Shown: in pieces, positions 17,130 through 26,411 of the stretch
Layout: the number at the start of each line of letters is the position of its first letter
How positions within the stretch are numbered: position 1 is the stretch's first letter
IMG/VR virus record: IMGVR_UViG_3300027747_002460
Direction: 5' to 3' (one strand)
DNA length: 64,000 bases
From: a virus
Made by a program: the position numbers and the translations under genes
The notes under the pieces: model-generated
What the model saw: the letters and a program-made list of their open reading frames with translations, nothing else
Database searches by the model: none
Told to the model about the DNA's origin: nothing

Positions 17130-17416
17130 GACCACCTCAGCACAAATTCCATCATCTGCGCTTCAGTGCTGGTGTAGATCTTGCCGTTGTCTATGGCAGC
17201 ACCTTGGAACTTGCTGGCATCCCAGCACCAAGGATATCTGTGGTGCAGATACCAGTGGCAGTTGAACCAATGCTCTGATTCGCAGCCTGGACCCCAGGTT
17301 GCCCAGCACCATTCGCGAGCTACAAAGAAGCCAGGCAGATCGCACACGATTTGGTGCGTCATGATGCTGGACAGCCGATTCCTGGCATTGATTGGTTTAC
17401 ATGTGAACTTCATCAC
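17126..17416 (-). CDS. F-x-L-R-W family small protein, first gene after an early promoter
   Basis: REWCWATWGP core, ends QMMEFVLRWS. Confidence 0.7.
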   Translation of the reverse strand: MMKFTCKPINARNRLSSIMTHQIVCDLPGFFVAREWCWATWGPGCESEHWFNCHWYLHHRYPWCWDASKFQGAAIDNGKIYTSTEAQMMEFVLRWS

Positions 17417-17423
17417 AACACAT

Positions 17424-17447
17424 TAGCAGGTTGCGCCACAATGTCAA
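17424..17447 (-). promoter_or_regulatory. Sigma70-like early promoter driving the paralogue/PBP array
   Basis: TTGACA-N13-TGCTA. Confidence 0.65.
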
Positions 17448-17453
17448 GTGGTT

Positions 17454-17957
17454 TTATACCGTGAACAGTTGCTCATATGGCGTGATCTTGACCAGAGGTA
17501 GTTCAATTTCTGCACAATCAAACCAAGTGTTGATCTCCAAAGAGCTTATGCCGTGTATCTTGGCTGCACCATCACAGATCCTATCTATGGTATCTCGCAG
17601 TTCCTCATCAAATATGTTATAGAGCTCATTCTGGCCTATGCTGCTGTGATGGTGCCGATTCATGCAGACCAGTGCTGCCACTTTTTCCATTTGTCTCGTC
17701 TGTTCTTCTGATACCAGCAATATTTCTGCGTACAGCCTAAAGTCGCCTCCGCCTTGGTTTCTGCCTCTCTGCAGATTGTTGGCATACATGGCACGACCTA
17801 TCTTGAGAAATCCAATGGCCGTGGGACCACCGCGATGATCCTCCTGATGATTACGTGCAAAATACAGCACATGCCGCGGATGTTCTTCTAGTTTGTTCTT
17901 TGGCGTGCCTTTGCGGCAACGGAACTCGCAATATTCAATGAAATCCAATCCACTCAT
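17454..17957 (-). CDS. Hypothetical protein (weak GIY-YIG/T5orf172-like resemblance)
   Basis: VLYFAR...FLKIGRA pattern only; function uncertain. Confidence 0.45.
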   Translation of the reverse strand: MSGLDFIEYCEFRCRKGTPKNKLEEHPRHVLYFARNHQEDHRGGPTAIGFLKIGRAMYANNLQRGRNQGGGDFRLYAEILLVSEEQTRQMEKVAALVCMNRHHHSSIGQNELYNIFDEELRDTIDRICDGAAKIHGISSLEINTWFDCAEIELPLVKITPYEQLFTV

Positions 17958-17959
17958 AA

Positions 17960-18745
17960 TCACCACCACAGTGCTTCATAATACTTGGCAAACAGCCGTC
18001 GACCGTTGGCCATGCGTGCGCTCCATGCCTTGGCCCCATCGCTGTCATAGGCATGCGTGTCCTTGGGCCCGCGCAGCATCTGCCAGAGGTGGTCTCGTCT
18101 CTGGTCATCACTGGGAGCGTCGCTGGTGCGTGCCACTGGTTCCCCGATGGGCGTGCCATGCACGTCAACTTTCTGCCACAGCATGTCATGCTCACCGCTG
18201 TGGAACTGATCGTCCCAGTTGCCCCGCTCATGCTGAGTGAAAGCCCAGATCATCTCGTCCAGGACCCAGTCCCAGCCAGCGTGGAACTTCTTGTTGGCAG
18301 CGGCCTTGTCAGGCTCAGTGGCATTGAGACTATGGTCCCAGTGGCCGTCGTTGAACACCCGCAGCTCATACGCATCCATGCGCAGGTGCTCGGGCAGGTC
18401 ATCGTTGTCTATGTTTGGACTGCCGTTCTTCTTGGCCTTGAGCATGCGCAGCGTGGGCGCGATGATCTGGGCCAGAGTGTGATCTGCGCTGTACACATCA
18501 GTGGGATCGATGCGCACGCTCACGCGCCGTTCGCCACCATTTTGCCAGTGCTTGTGTATCCATGCACATGTCTTGGCCAGCCAGCTGTCATTGCCTTGGC
18601 GGTCTTGGGCTAACCATGTGCCCAGCCTGTGCTGCCTATCTGCCCACACATCATTGTCGTCATACTTGTCAGCCCACCAGATGATCTTCTCAGCGATCTG
18701 GTATGGTCCAATCCACGCAGGGTATCCACCGATCTTGACTTTCAT
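17960..18745 (-). CDS. Hypothetical phage protein
   Basis: AGGAG RBS, clean 261-aa ORF. Confidence 0.7.
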   Translation of the reverse strand: MKVKIGGYPAWIGPYQIAEKIIWWADKYDDNDVWADRQHRLGTWLAQDRQGNDSWLAKTCAWIHKHWQNGGERRVSVRIDPTDVYSADHTLAQIIAPTLRMLKAKKNGSPNIDNDDLPEHLRMDAYELRVFNDGHWDHSLNATEPDKAAANKKFHAGWDWVLDEMIWAFTQHERGNWDDQFHSGEHDMLWQKVDVHGTPIGEPVARTSDAPSDDQRRDHLWQMLRGPKDTHAYDSDGAKAWSARMANGRRLFAKYYEALWW

Positions 18746-18787
18746 ATCGCTCTCCTGAGCATGAATATAACACGGTATGCTATAAAG

Positions 18788-19555
18788 TCAATTGGCTATG
18801 AAACCCAATCTGCGCTGTGCGGCCTGATACCGTGTCACCAGTTGCCAGGCACGATCTTTGATAGGCTGGTCCATCTCCAACCCATGCAGCGCCATTATGG
18901 CTGTCAACGCTGCCTCATGCGTGAGCCTATCATCGCAGATGAGCTCGCTCCTGACCACCAACATGCTGTTCTGCCCCGGCTGTGTGCCGCTGTTAAATGC
19001 CCTATTGGAACACACACGCCCCATGAGATAACGCAGGAGATCCTGGTGATCCCTGGGGTGTTTACCAGCATTCTTGGCTTGATCAGCTCTCACGCTGAAA
19101 TAGGTGTTGCTGTCAATGACAAAGATCTTGCGAGACTCAGGCATGATCCAATCCAGGAAATTGGGTGGCAAGTGTGTTGGTATGGCCATGCCATTGCCAC
19201 TGCTGATAGCAGCAGCGAGATCAATGTTGTTTCTACCATGCTGGGTCCACACGCTCATGAACCATTCTTCTGTCTTGGCCCGCAACCAAGCCTTGGTTGT
19301 GTCTGTGCGAGTCCAAACAAATGGTCCGATGTCAGGATCCGTGATGGCATGATTGTCCAAGCGCTGCGCATACTGTTCCTCTGTCCACGGCATCCAAACA
19401 GGTCTAACGTAACCACCATTTGCAGTAAACGTGGATTGATCTAGTGCTGCGAAATGGGGATGGCAACGCAGCAGCTCAACCACGAATTGTCCACTGTTAC
19501 CTCCCATGTAGCTGACAAAGGTGGTCAATGGTAGGATCAGATCTATCGTGGCCAA
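18788..19555 (-). CDS. Protein with N-terminal GGxSG loop (sulfotransferase/P-loop-like)
   Basis: FVSYMGGNSGQFVVELL. Confidence 0.45.
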   Translation of the reverse strand: MATIDLILPLTTFVSYMGGNSGQFVVELLRCHPHFAALDQSTFTANGGYVRPVWMPWTEEQYAQRLDNHAITDPDIGPFVWTRTDTTKAWLRAKTEEWFMSVWTQHGRNNIDLAAAISSGNGMAIPTHLPPNFLDWIMPESRKIFVIDSNTYFSVRADQAKNAGKHPRDHQDLLRYLMGRVCSNRAFNSGTQPGQNSMLVVRSELICDDRLTHEAALTAIMALHGLEMDQPIKDRAWQLVTRYQAAQRRLGFIAN

Positions 19556-19881
19556 TTGTGGTATCCCCCTCTGGCTGCCAGCTCAACCCGCTGAGACACA
19601 GGCCATGCCTGATCTATAGCCTGCTTCATGAGCCAGAAATTATCATAGATCACTGTTCTATCCAGCGCAGCTTCTGCTTCTGCCAAGCAGCTGGGAGGCA
19701 CAGACAGCTGATCCCAGCTTATGAGGCAGCGCTGATCGCACTGTATCTCCCCCAGCAGTATGGCCCAATCAGTGATGTCAAATCCCAGCGCGGTGAGATC
19801 GCAATGCATAATGTCATCAGGCACTGCCAAGCCCCGCCAGCTGATGTAGTCTCTGGCTCGCTCTTCAACTGAAATTGACAT
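19543..19881 (-). CDS. Hypothetical protein
   Basis: ORF overlapping both neighbours. Confidence 0.45.
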   Translation of the reverse strand: MSISVEERARDYISWRGLAVPDDIMHCDLTALGFDITDWAILLGEIQCDQRCLISWDQLSVPPSCLAEAEAALDRTVIYDNFWLMKQAIDQAWPVSQRVELAARGGYHNWPR

Positions 19882-20161
19882 GTATGCTCGCGTGATATTC
19901 TAAACCGCCCGCGGTCTGGTTCCAAAGCTCCAGCTTGGCCTTGAGTTCGTCACTGATCAGCAGCTTGGCACCAGGGAAGTCAAAATTCAGACCCTCGGTG
20001 ATCTCAGCTCCTCGGCTGAAGTAAGCGCCAAACTGTTTCTCGAAACTTTCCGTGGCGTTGTCTCTGCCATCATCAGCTCGACCGTAGCCGCGGGTGAACA
20101 TCAGCATGTATGTGATACCCTCGCCAGTGGCAAAGTAGCTGTTGGTTACTGTGTAGATCAT
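19865..20161 (-). CDS. Hypothetical protein
   Basis: ATGA-coupled ORF. Confidence 0.6.
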   Translation of the reverse strand: MIYTVTNSYFATGEGITYMLMFTRGYGRADDGRDNATESFEKQFGAYFSRGAEITEGLNFDFPGAKLLISDELKAKLELWNQTAGGLEYHASIHVNFS

Positions 20162-20406
20162 GCCCCAATAGCCTCGCGCAGCTCTGTCTCAGTGAAGTAA
20201 TATTCCATGATGATTTCCATGGCAGCAACATAGCGGCGGTTGTCGTCTAGATCGCTCTGCTCATGTGATGCCAGAGCTGGTCGATCTTCCAGCTCAGCTA
20301 TGTTACTAACCAATCCACGATAGTCCTGTACCAGGATGTCCCGGAACAGCGCATCTGCTGTGTCGTCTGCTATGGTGAGCGTGAACATGTGTGGTCTCCA
20401 ATCCAT
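20158..20406 (-). CDS. Hypothetical protein
   Basis: Follows promoter-like TAGACA-N14-TGCTATAGT (20440-20412). Confidence 0.55.
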   Translation of the reverse strand: MDWRPHMFTLTIADDTADALFRDILVQDYRGLVSNIAELEDRPALASHEQSDLDDNRRYVAAMEIIMEYYFTETELREAIGA

Positions 20407-20445
20407 GCATGACTATAGCACGCATCATCTAACCTGTCTAGCTAA

Positions 20446-20856
20446 TTACTGCACTACCATGCTGGTTATTAACACATGGTCTATGCCGCCAAAATGATAC
20501 TTGCTGTCCAACACAGCATTCACTGCGTCTCTGATGCTGTCCTGCAGCCGAGCTTTGGCAGCTGGGCTACGCACATCAGCTTCGCTGAGGTTGCTGAGCA
20601 GCATCACTATTTGGTTGGCTATTGCCAGCCTGTGCTTGATCACGCGATAGATCACCACGCCTTCATATTGGCTATCTATGGCTATGGTTGCCTGCACAAG
20701 CCTATTGCTGTCGCGCAGGTTGGTGGTAAAGTGTTCTGGGAACTCGTAGTAGATGACCCTAAAGTTCTCAGTGGGTTTGACTGCCTGCGTGTCTTCTGCC
20801 AGCGCAGTGCCAGCACAGCACAGAGCAGCAAAGAGATATGACAGTATCTTGCGCAT
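20446..20856 (-). CDS. fliL: FliL-like flagellar basal-body-associated protein
   Basis: Hydrophobic/signal N-terminus, F-T-T-N-L, 'IVMLLSNLSEADV...AKARLQDSIRDAVNAVL', terminal VLITSMVVQ matching the FliL C-terminal pattern. Confidence 0.7.
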   Translation of the reverse strand: MRKILSYLFAALCCAGTALAEDTQAVKPTENFRVIYYEFPEHFTTNLRDSNRLVQATIAIDSQYEGVVIYRVIKHRLAIANQIVMLLSNLSEADVRSPAAKARLQDSIRDAVNAVLDSKYHFGGIDHVLITSMVVQ

Positions 20857-21087
20857 GTGTCACCCAGAATGGCTAATGGCCAACCATGATCTCACAGTGT
20901 TTCCGCATTACCCAGCGACCATCTGCTAGCTGAGTCCTGATCGGATAGCAATGGTCGGCGATCCAATCCCTGTGAGGCACCACCAGTGGTGCATGCTCGA
21001 TCTGCCTGGGATGCTGTGGCAGCTCATGGTTCGCGGGCAGGCTCTGGCAGCCTGCCAGGACCAGGACCAACATCAGTGCGGTTTGCT

Positions 21088-21507
21088 TTACCATGTGCGA
21101 TGCTTCTCCGCTACCCATTCCTTGCCATCATATTCCTCGATGAACCACTGCACGCCATCTGGCACGTCAGCGATCCTCAGCTCTGAGTATCCATCAGCTG
21201 CAGCAGCACCCAGCTCTTCCACCACCTGCACCAGTGCTGGATCATCACGAGGGATGTCGCTGCAGTGGATGGTTTGGCTGCTGTAGGCATCGTTGCTAGC
21301 CGTGCGTTGTTCTTCGGTAGCTGCGTACCATTGCTCAGTGCTCAGAGGTTCCACTCTCTGATCAGGAGGTACTGTGTAATAGGTAATCATCTTGAATTGA
21401 TTGGTCTCGGGATAGAGAGTGATACCCTTGAGTTCAGCATAGCGCAGCATGCCAGCTTCGCTGATACCAAATCCGCCATAACAGCTGTTGACCACTACTT
21501 TAGGCAT
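21088..21507 (-). CDS. Conserved-type phage hypothetical protein
   Basis: KVVVNSCYGGFGIS...RDDPALVQVVEELG...EYDGKEWV; AGGAG RBS. Confidence 0.75.
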   Translation of the reverse strand: MPKVVVNSCYGGFGISEAGMLRYAELKGITLYPETNQFKMITYYTVPPDQRVEPLSTEQWYAATEEQRTASNDAYSSQTIHCSDIPRDDPALVQVVEELGAAAADGYSELRIADVPDGVQWFIEEYDGKEWVAEKHRTW

Positions 21508-21516
21508 TGCTTGCTC

Positions 21517-22401
21517 CTAGGTGTTGAGCTTGAACTTCACGTAGTCTACTATAGCACCGGCTACGTTTATGTCAACGTATTTCTCAAAGCCCTCGAAACC
21601 TGGCGCAGAATTGGCTTCGCAGACCCTAAAACCCTCATGGTCAAACAGCAGATCTATGCCAGCTATGTCCAGGCCCAGGGCCTTGGCTGTCTCGCGGCAC
21701 AGCAGGTCCATCTCTTCGGTCACTGGATAGCTTTCGCCAGTGCCGCCGCCAGTGATGTTGGCCCTGAAATCTCCCTCTGGACCTGTGCGTTTCATGGCTC
21801 CTATGACCTTGCCACCTATGACCCACACTCGCAGATCGCTGCCAGGCTTGGCATCGATGAACTCCTGCACGATCATGGTCTTCTTCACGCTGAGATTTTC
21901 AACCAAGTCCATGAGGTCTTCAAACAGCTGCTGTGTCTGGCAGAGATGCACGCCCTTGCCATGCGAACCCTGCACTACCTTGACCACGCAAGGGAAACCG
22001 ATCTCCTGTGCCACCACCTTGCTGCTGACTGGGAACTTGACCAGCATGGTCTTGGGCGTGGGTATGTTGGCCTGTGCCAGTATCTGGTGTGCCAGCAGCT
22101 TGTCCTTGACGTTGTTGATGCTGGTGCTGCTGTTGATGTTGGGCACAGAGAATTTCTCCAGCTGACGCATCACAGCGCTGCTGAAGTAGTTGGTGCCTGC
22201 GCCTGTGCGTGTGAGCACCAGCTTGGGCATGGTTATGCTGGTGCCTTGGTAGCGTATGCTCTTGTTCTTGCTTCTGTTAACTATTATGTCAAAGTCGTCA
22301 GGGTGCGTCAGCTGTGCAGCTATGCTGTTAGCTGCGAAGGTCTCTAACAGCCGCGTGTTCTCGTAGCTGTCTCTGTGTTGGCTCAGTATCCAGACGCTCA
22401 T
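21517..22401 (-). CDS. RimK-family ATP-grasp alpha-L-glutamate ligase
   Basis: DKLLAHQIL, VVKVVQGSHGKGV, VQEFI, DLRVWVIG, FRANITGGG, GIDLL, CEANSAPGF. Confidence 0.9.
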   Translation of the reverse strand: MSVWILSQHRDSYENTRLLETFAANSIAAQLTHPDDFDIIVNRSKNKSIRYQGTSITMPKLVLTRTGAGTNYFSSAVMRQLEKFSVPNINSSTSINNVKDKLLAHQILAQANIPTPKTMLVKFPVSSKVVAQEIGFPCVVKVVQGSHGKGVHLCQTQQLFEDLMDLVENLSVKKTMIVQEFIDAKPGSDLRVWVIGGKVIGAMKRTGPEGDFRANITGGGTGESYPVTEEMDLLCRETAKALGLDIAGIDLLFDHEGFRVCEANSAPGFEGFEKYVDINVAGAIVDYVKFKLNT

Positions 22402-22603
22402 TGCTTACCATGACTCGTAATCGGTGAGATCCTTCCAGATCCCTTGTCCCTTCTCAGTCTCGATCTTGGCTTCAATGCTCTGACCGATACCGCTGCTGCT
22501 ACTTACCATGATCTCTACCACTGCTGTGTTTTCCACATCCGCGCTGTCGATCCAATGGATCAGTTCTCTGAGGTCGTTCACAGTGAGCTTTACTCGGTGC
22601 ATG

Positions 22604-23056
22604 TCATATCCCAGTTTCTCGCCTAAAGCGTGCGTATAGTCCAGGTTGTCTTCCATAGGCTTCTATCTCCCAGGGTAGCGTCCAATAACCATCATCATCG
22701 TGCATGGTCATGCGCTTGCCCAGCCACTTTACGGTCTTGCCGCTGGGATTGTCTACCAGCTCTCCCGTGGCAAACTGCTTGACATGAACCATCTCATGGG
22801 CCAACATCTCCAGCGTGCGATTGAAGCTGAGCCGAGAGTCAATCTCCATCACGAACTTGCGAGGACGCACGGGATCTTCCAGCCATGTCACAGCAGCATC
22901 CATCTCTTGATCACGGATCAGATTTTCCACTATGTTCAGCTCTAGCTGTACCTTAGTGGTCAACCTTGGTATGAGATCTCGAGCATACCACTGCAGTGCT
23001 CGGCGGATGATCCTCAGATCTACACGGCGGTGCCGACCTTTGATCTTGATACGCAC
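22604..23056 (-). CDS. SprT-like zinc metallopeptidase
   Basis: LAHEMVHVKQ (HExxH), PWEIEAYG. Confidence 0.75.
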   Translation of the reverse strand: MRIKIKGRHRRVDLRIIRRALQWYARDLIPRLTTKVQLELNIVENLIRDQEMDAAVTWLEDPVRPRKFVMEIDSRLSFNRTLEMLAHEMVHVKQFATGELVDNPSGKTVKWLGKRMTMHDDDGYWTLPWEIEAYGRQPGLYARFRRETGI

Positions 23057-23091
23057 CTGCTGTCTCCTCTAGCCAGCGCCTCAGCTAATGA

Positions 23092-23115
23092 TAGCACACA
23101 GCAGCAGCATGTCAA
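23092..23115 (-). promoter_or_regulatory. Sigma70-like early promoter
   Basis: TTGACA-N13-TGCTA. Confidence 0.6.
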
Positions 23116-23191
23116 GCACGCAGCATGTACGATATCCACCTCTAGCGCTGTTACTAGCCAGATGCCCAAATGGAGCTGCGCAATAGTGATG

Positions 23192-24028
23192 CTAGATCTC
23201 TAGCACCTTGCTGGGGTCAAACCCGCTCTGCTCACCCGGATAACCCAGAGGATTGCACACCACTCTGGTATCACCTATCTGGTAGTCAAAGACATGATGC
23301 GTGTGACCGTGCGTCCACAACACGATCTGCGGATGGTCCAAGATGAACTCATCCAAGTTGCTGGTGAACGCACCATTCAAGGTCCTGTGGCGCGGCTGCT
23401 GATAGGTATAGTGTATGCTAGAATGGCTGGGGCAGTGATGCCCCACGACCACGGTTGGCCGCTTGTCCAAGCCCAGCTGCACCCGCAGCCATTCCATATC
23501 GCTCTGATGCTTGGCATAGGTGGTTTGGGGACGCAGTTTGTGGTATACATCAACACCATCGCGGTTCTGCCGCTCGGTGATGTGATGATAGTCGTTCATG
23601 AGATCAGTCATGGCCAACATGTCCAGGCGATCACCACCGTTGAAGTCTGTCCACAGGCTCATGCCCAGGAACACGGTATCATCAATCACCACCCTGTCCT
23701 GGTCACACACACGGATGTTGGGATAGTGGGCCAGTTCTTCGCGCAGGGTGGGCATGGTGCGATCCCAGCGCCCGCTGTAGTGCTCATGATTGCCAGCCAC
23801 GTAGATCACATGTGCCCAGTGATCGTTCACGTGAGCAAAGAAGTCACGGTAGCGCTGGACCTTGTGACCATTCTCAGCGTTGTTTGGCAGATCGCTCCTC
23901 GGATGACGATAGATATGCTGTGCCACGCAGATGTCACCACCCAGTATCAGCACGTCGCTGCCCATGTTGGCCAGCACAGGGGGATCCCTGTGCTCCATGT
24001 GTAGGTCTGATATGACCTGTATCTTCAC
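23192..24028 (-). CDS. Calcineurin-like metallophosphoesterase
   Basis: SDLH, GGD, GNHEHY, GHH, HGHTH. Confidence 0.9.
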   Translation of the reverse strand: MKIQVISDLHMEHRDPPVLANMGSDVLILGGDICVAQHIYRHPRSDLPNNAENGHKVQRYRDFFAHVNDHWAHVIYVAGNHEHYSGRWDRTMPTLREELAHYPNIRVCDQDRVVIDDTVFLGMSLWTDFNGGDRLDMLAMTDLMNDYHHITERQNRDGVDVYHKLRPQTTYAKHQSDMEWLRVQLGLDKRPTVVVGHHCPSHSSIHYTYQQPRHRTLNGAFTSNLDEFILDHPQIVLWTHGHTHHVFDYQIGDTRVVCNPLGYPGEQSGFDPSKVLEI

Positions 24029-24519
24029 TTGCGTGCTTCCTTGGGGAAGGTCAGCGTGATGATGCGACCTTCGATGTATTGCGGAGCGATGCTGTCAGTG
24101 CCCGGTACACGGCACATGATCCAAGTGCCTTCTGCAGCAGCTGGGCTGTACAAACCGTTGGGATCAGCCTGGGGCAGCGCCACGTTGCTATGACCGTCAT
24201 AGGCTAGTTTCTGCGGGTTGGTGAACTGCGTGGCAGCTGGCAGGCCATAGCCAAGGCTGTCGCAGATCTTCTCGCCCACCGTACCAGACTGCTCACCAGT
24301 GAGATAGGTGTAGGTCGGCCTCATCTTGTCGCGCAGCTCGAGGATGTCCTTCATCATCTTTTTCTCAGCGAAATTCACGATAGCTGGCATGCCAACTGTG
24401 GCAACACCCTGCATGCTCAGCTGTTCCTGCTTCTGGCGCTCAATGCGAGTGCTGTCGGGTTCACAGCCAGCCAGGGCCAAGGCGGCTACTGCTGCGCCAA
24501 TCACGAGAATCTGTTTCAT
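24025..24519 (-). CDS. Putative lipoprotein
   Basis: Lipobox ALAGC after a hydrophobic signal. Confidence 0.7.
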   Translation of the reverse strand: MKQILVIGAAVAALALAGCEPDSTRIERQKQEQLSMQGVATVGMPAIVNFAEKKMMKDILELRDKMRPTYTYLTGEQSGTVGEKICDSLGYGLPAATQFTNPQKLAYDGHSNVALPQADPNGLYSPAAAEGTWIMCRVPGTDSIAPQYIEGRIITLTFPKEARK

Positions 24520-24530
24520 CAGTATGCTCC

Positions 24531-24875
24531 TCAGTTCAGTGTTGAATAGAATGCCTGCAGGTCAGCTGGCAAGCGCTTGCGGTCATAGCTATCGAAGCGA
24601 TGCTGAATCAGCGCCCGCAGCGCGGTCTTCTGATCATCGTTGGCCTTGATGTATTCACGCTGGAGATCGTAGAGATCCCTGAGCATGCCTTCGTTGTAGC
24701 TCTGGCTGTGTTTGAAAGTATCATATCGCACCTGCTCCGTGGCTGGAGCAAACATGCTATAGCCCACATAGCTGATCGCACCAAGTCCGATCACCACGAT
24801 ACCTGACCAGATAACCAGCTGCAGGGCCATGCCCGCGCCCTGTCCAGTCTCTTTGGCATAATCCTTGATTCCCAT
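24531..24875 (-). CDS. Single-pass membrane protein
   Basis: N-terminal TM segment; adjacent to the lipoprotein gene. Confidence 0.6.
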   Translation of the reverse strand: MGIKDYAKETGQGAGMALQLVIWSGIVVIGLGAISYVGYSMFAPATEQVRYDTFKHSQSYNEGMLRDLYDLQREYIKANDDQKTALRALIQHRFDSYDRKRLPADLQAFYSTLN

Positions 24876-24923
24876 GTGCATCTCCTGATTGGTTACCATA
24901 ACTTAGCATGAACAGCGGGATTG

Positions 24924-25214
24924 TCAACCAAATAAAACCTTGATCCATCCCATTGCATCCATGCTGGCTATCATGAGTCCTGTGGCTAGCATGCCAAAGC
25001 TGCCTCGGCTGTAGGCGCACCAAGCATAGACCAGGGTGCCGCCCACCCAGAGCGGATACATGATCAACCAAGGCACTTCTGGCACCGTGCTGTTGACGAT
25101 GACAGCACAGACCAAGCTGTCAATCCAGCATATCACCTCCATGATGAATCGCCAAGGATGGCTGCGCCAGTCCTGCTTGATCCATTCCCAGATGTTGCGG
25201 ATGGGTTCCATCAT
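24924..25214 (-). CDS. Small multi-pass membrane protein
   Basis: Three hydrophobic segments. Confidence 0.6.
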   Translation of the reverse strand: MMEPIRNIWEWIKQDWRSHPWRFIMEVICWIDSLVCAVIVNSTVPEVPWLIMYPLWVGGTLVYAWCAYSRGSFGMLATGLMIASMDAMGWIKVLFG

Positions 25215-25711
25215 CGAGGTATCAGCTCTTCGATGTGTTTGGGCGTATAGTCCTGCACTTCCACGCTGCAGTTGACATGCCTTGGTGTTGGACTGTCATG
25301 CTGGTGTATGTGACCATGCAGGTTATACTCAACCTTGAACATGCTGCTCTCATGCAGAGGCACGTGGCTGAGCACGCAGTTCAACTCTGGGAACTGGCGC
25401 CACATCAGTATCTTGGCGAAGCTGTTGTAGAGGTACGGGCTCTTGACATTGTCGTGATTGCCAAGGATTAAGCGCTTGTGACCATTGAGCCTTTTCAGCG
25501 CATTATGGCCATCTCCCATGTATACATCGCCCAGATGGTACACCTTGTCACCAGGGCGTACCACGCTGTTCCAGCGCTCTATCATGTGCTCGTCCATGTC
25601 TTCCACTGAGCTGAATCGATTGCCTCTGATGAGGGTGCCATCAGTGTGCGTGAAGCCCAAGATGTTCTTGTGCCCAAAGTGTGTGTCGCTGACTATCCAG
25701 ATATCATTCAT
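25211..25711 (-). CDS. Metallophosphoesterase (phage-type phosphoesterase)
   Basis: SDTHFGH, HLGD, GNHD, HVP, HGHIH. Confidence 0.9.
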   Translation of the reverse strand: MNDIWIVSDTHFGHKNILGFTHTDGTLIRGNRFSSVEDMDEHMIERWNSVVRPGDKVYHLGDVYMGDGHNALKRLNGHKRLILGNHDNVKSPYLYNSFAKILMWRQFPELNCVLSHVPLHESSMFKVEYNLHGHIHQHDSPTPRHVNCSVEVQDYTPKHIEELIPR

Positions 25712-25717
25712 TGATCA

Positions 25718-26002
25718 TTATACGCTGACGCTGATGATGTTGTCTAGCCGGAAGCTGCGCCACTCTTGCTTGTCAGTGCACCAAGCAACCATCACGGTTT
25801 CGTTGATCTCACGCACAGCCTTTTGGCTGGCAGGATCTTCTGCCTTGGCCGGAGGCACGATACCGGGCCTCAGAGTGCAGGGCATGGTGCGTGTCTCACC
25901 GCTTAGCTTGGTAAAGGTCACTTCCACGATGCCTTCGATCAGCATCTCAGTGAGCTGAGCTCTGCGCTCAGATCTATCACCTACCAGTATTATCTGTGTC
26001 AT
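25718..26002 (-). CDS. WYL_2/DUF2693-like SH3-fold protein
   Basis: VTFTKLSGETRTMPCTL...WRSFRLD. Confidence 0.75.
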   Translation of the reverse strand: MTQIILVGDRSERRAQLTEMLIEGIVEVTFTKLSGETRTMPCTLRPGIVPPAKAEDPASQKAVREINETVMVAWCTDKQEWRSFRLDNIISVSV

Positions 26003-26411
26003 GTCGCGTGTTCCATGTGTAAATCAGTTGGCTGATGCCCCTGGCCAGCAGGAAACCTGCTAGCAGAGCAGTGGCAGCACGATCAGTACCATCTTCCATG
26101 GTCAACCACAGATGCAGGCCAAACAACCCGCCCACAGTGGTCAGCACAGGCAGCACAATCTTACCAATGGCCATATAGCGTCTCCCTGGCTGTCTTGACC
26201 TGCCTGTCACGCTGCGCTCGCACGTTGTTGTAGTCCACTTCAAAATCTCCATCAGCTATGCTCTTGAGAGCTGCACTGTAGCGTGCCAATCTCTGCTTGG
26301 TCAACCAAAGCTCTAGCAGGCCCAATGCTAGGATCAGCGGCAGGCTCACATCCCAGAACAGCGTGTCAGCCCACCACACCCAGGCATCATAGCTCCACAC
26401 CAACCCCTCCA

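Noticed and set aside
12642-17143. CRISPR array or integron attC cassettes
   Set aside because: The recurring unit is only about 18 nt, lies within coding junctions, is irregularly spaced and is not palindromic; no cas or integrase gene is seen.
21265-22347. Long plus-strand ORFs such as 21265-22347, 30943-31944, 53332-54351, 57058-57942 and 9473-10192
   Set aside because: They are antisense shadows of well-supported minus-strand genes, with no RBS or recognisable motifs.
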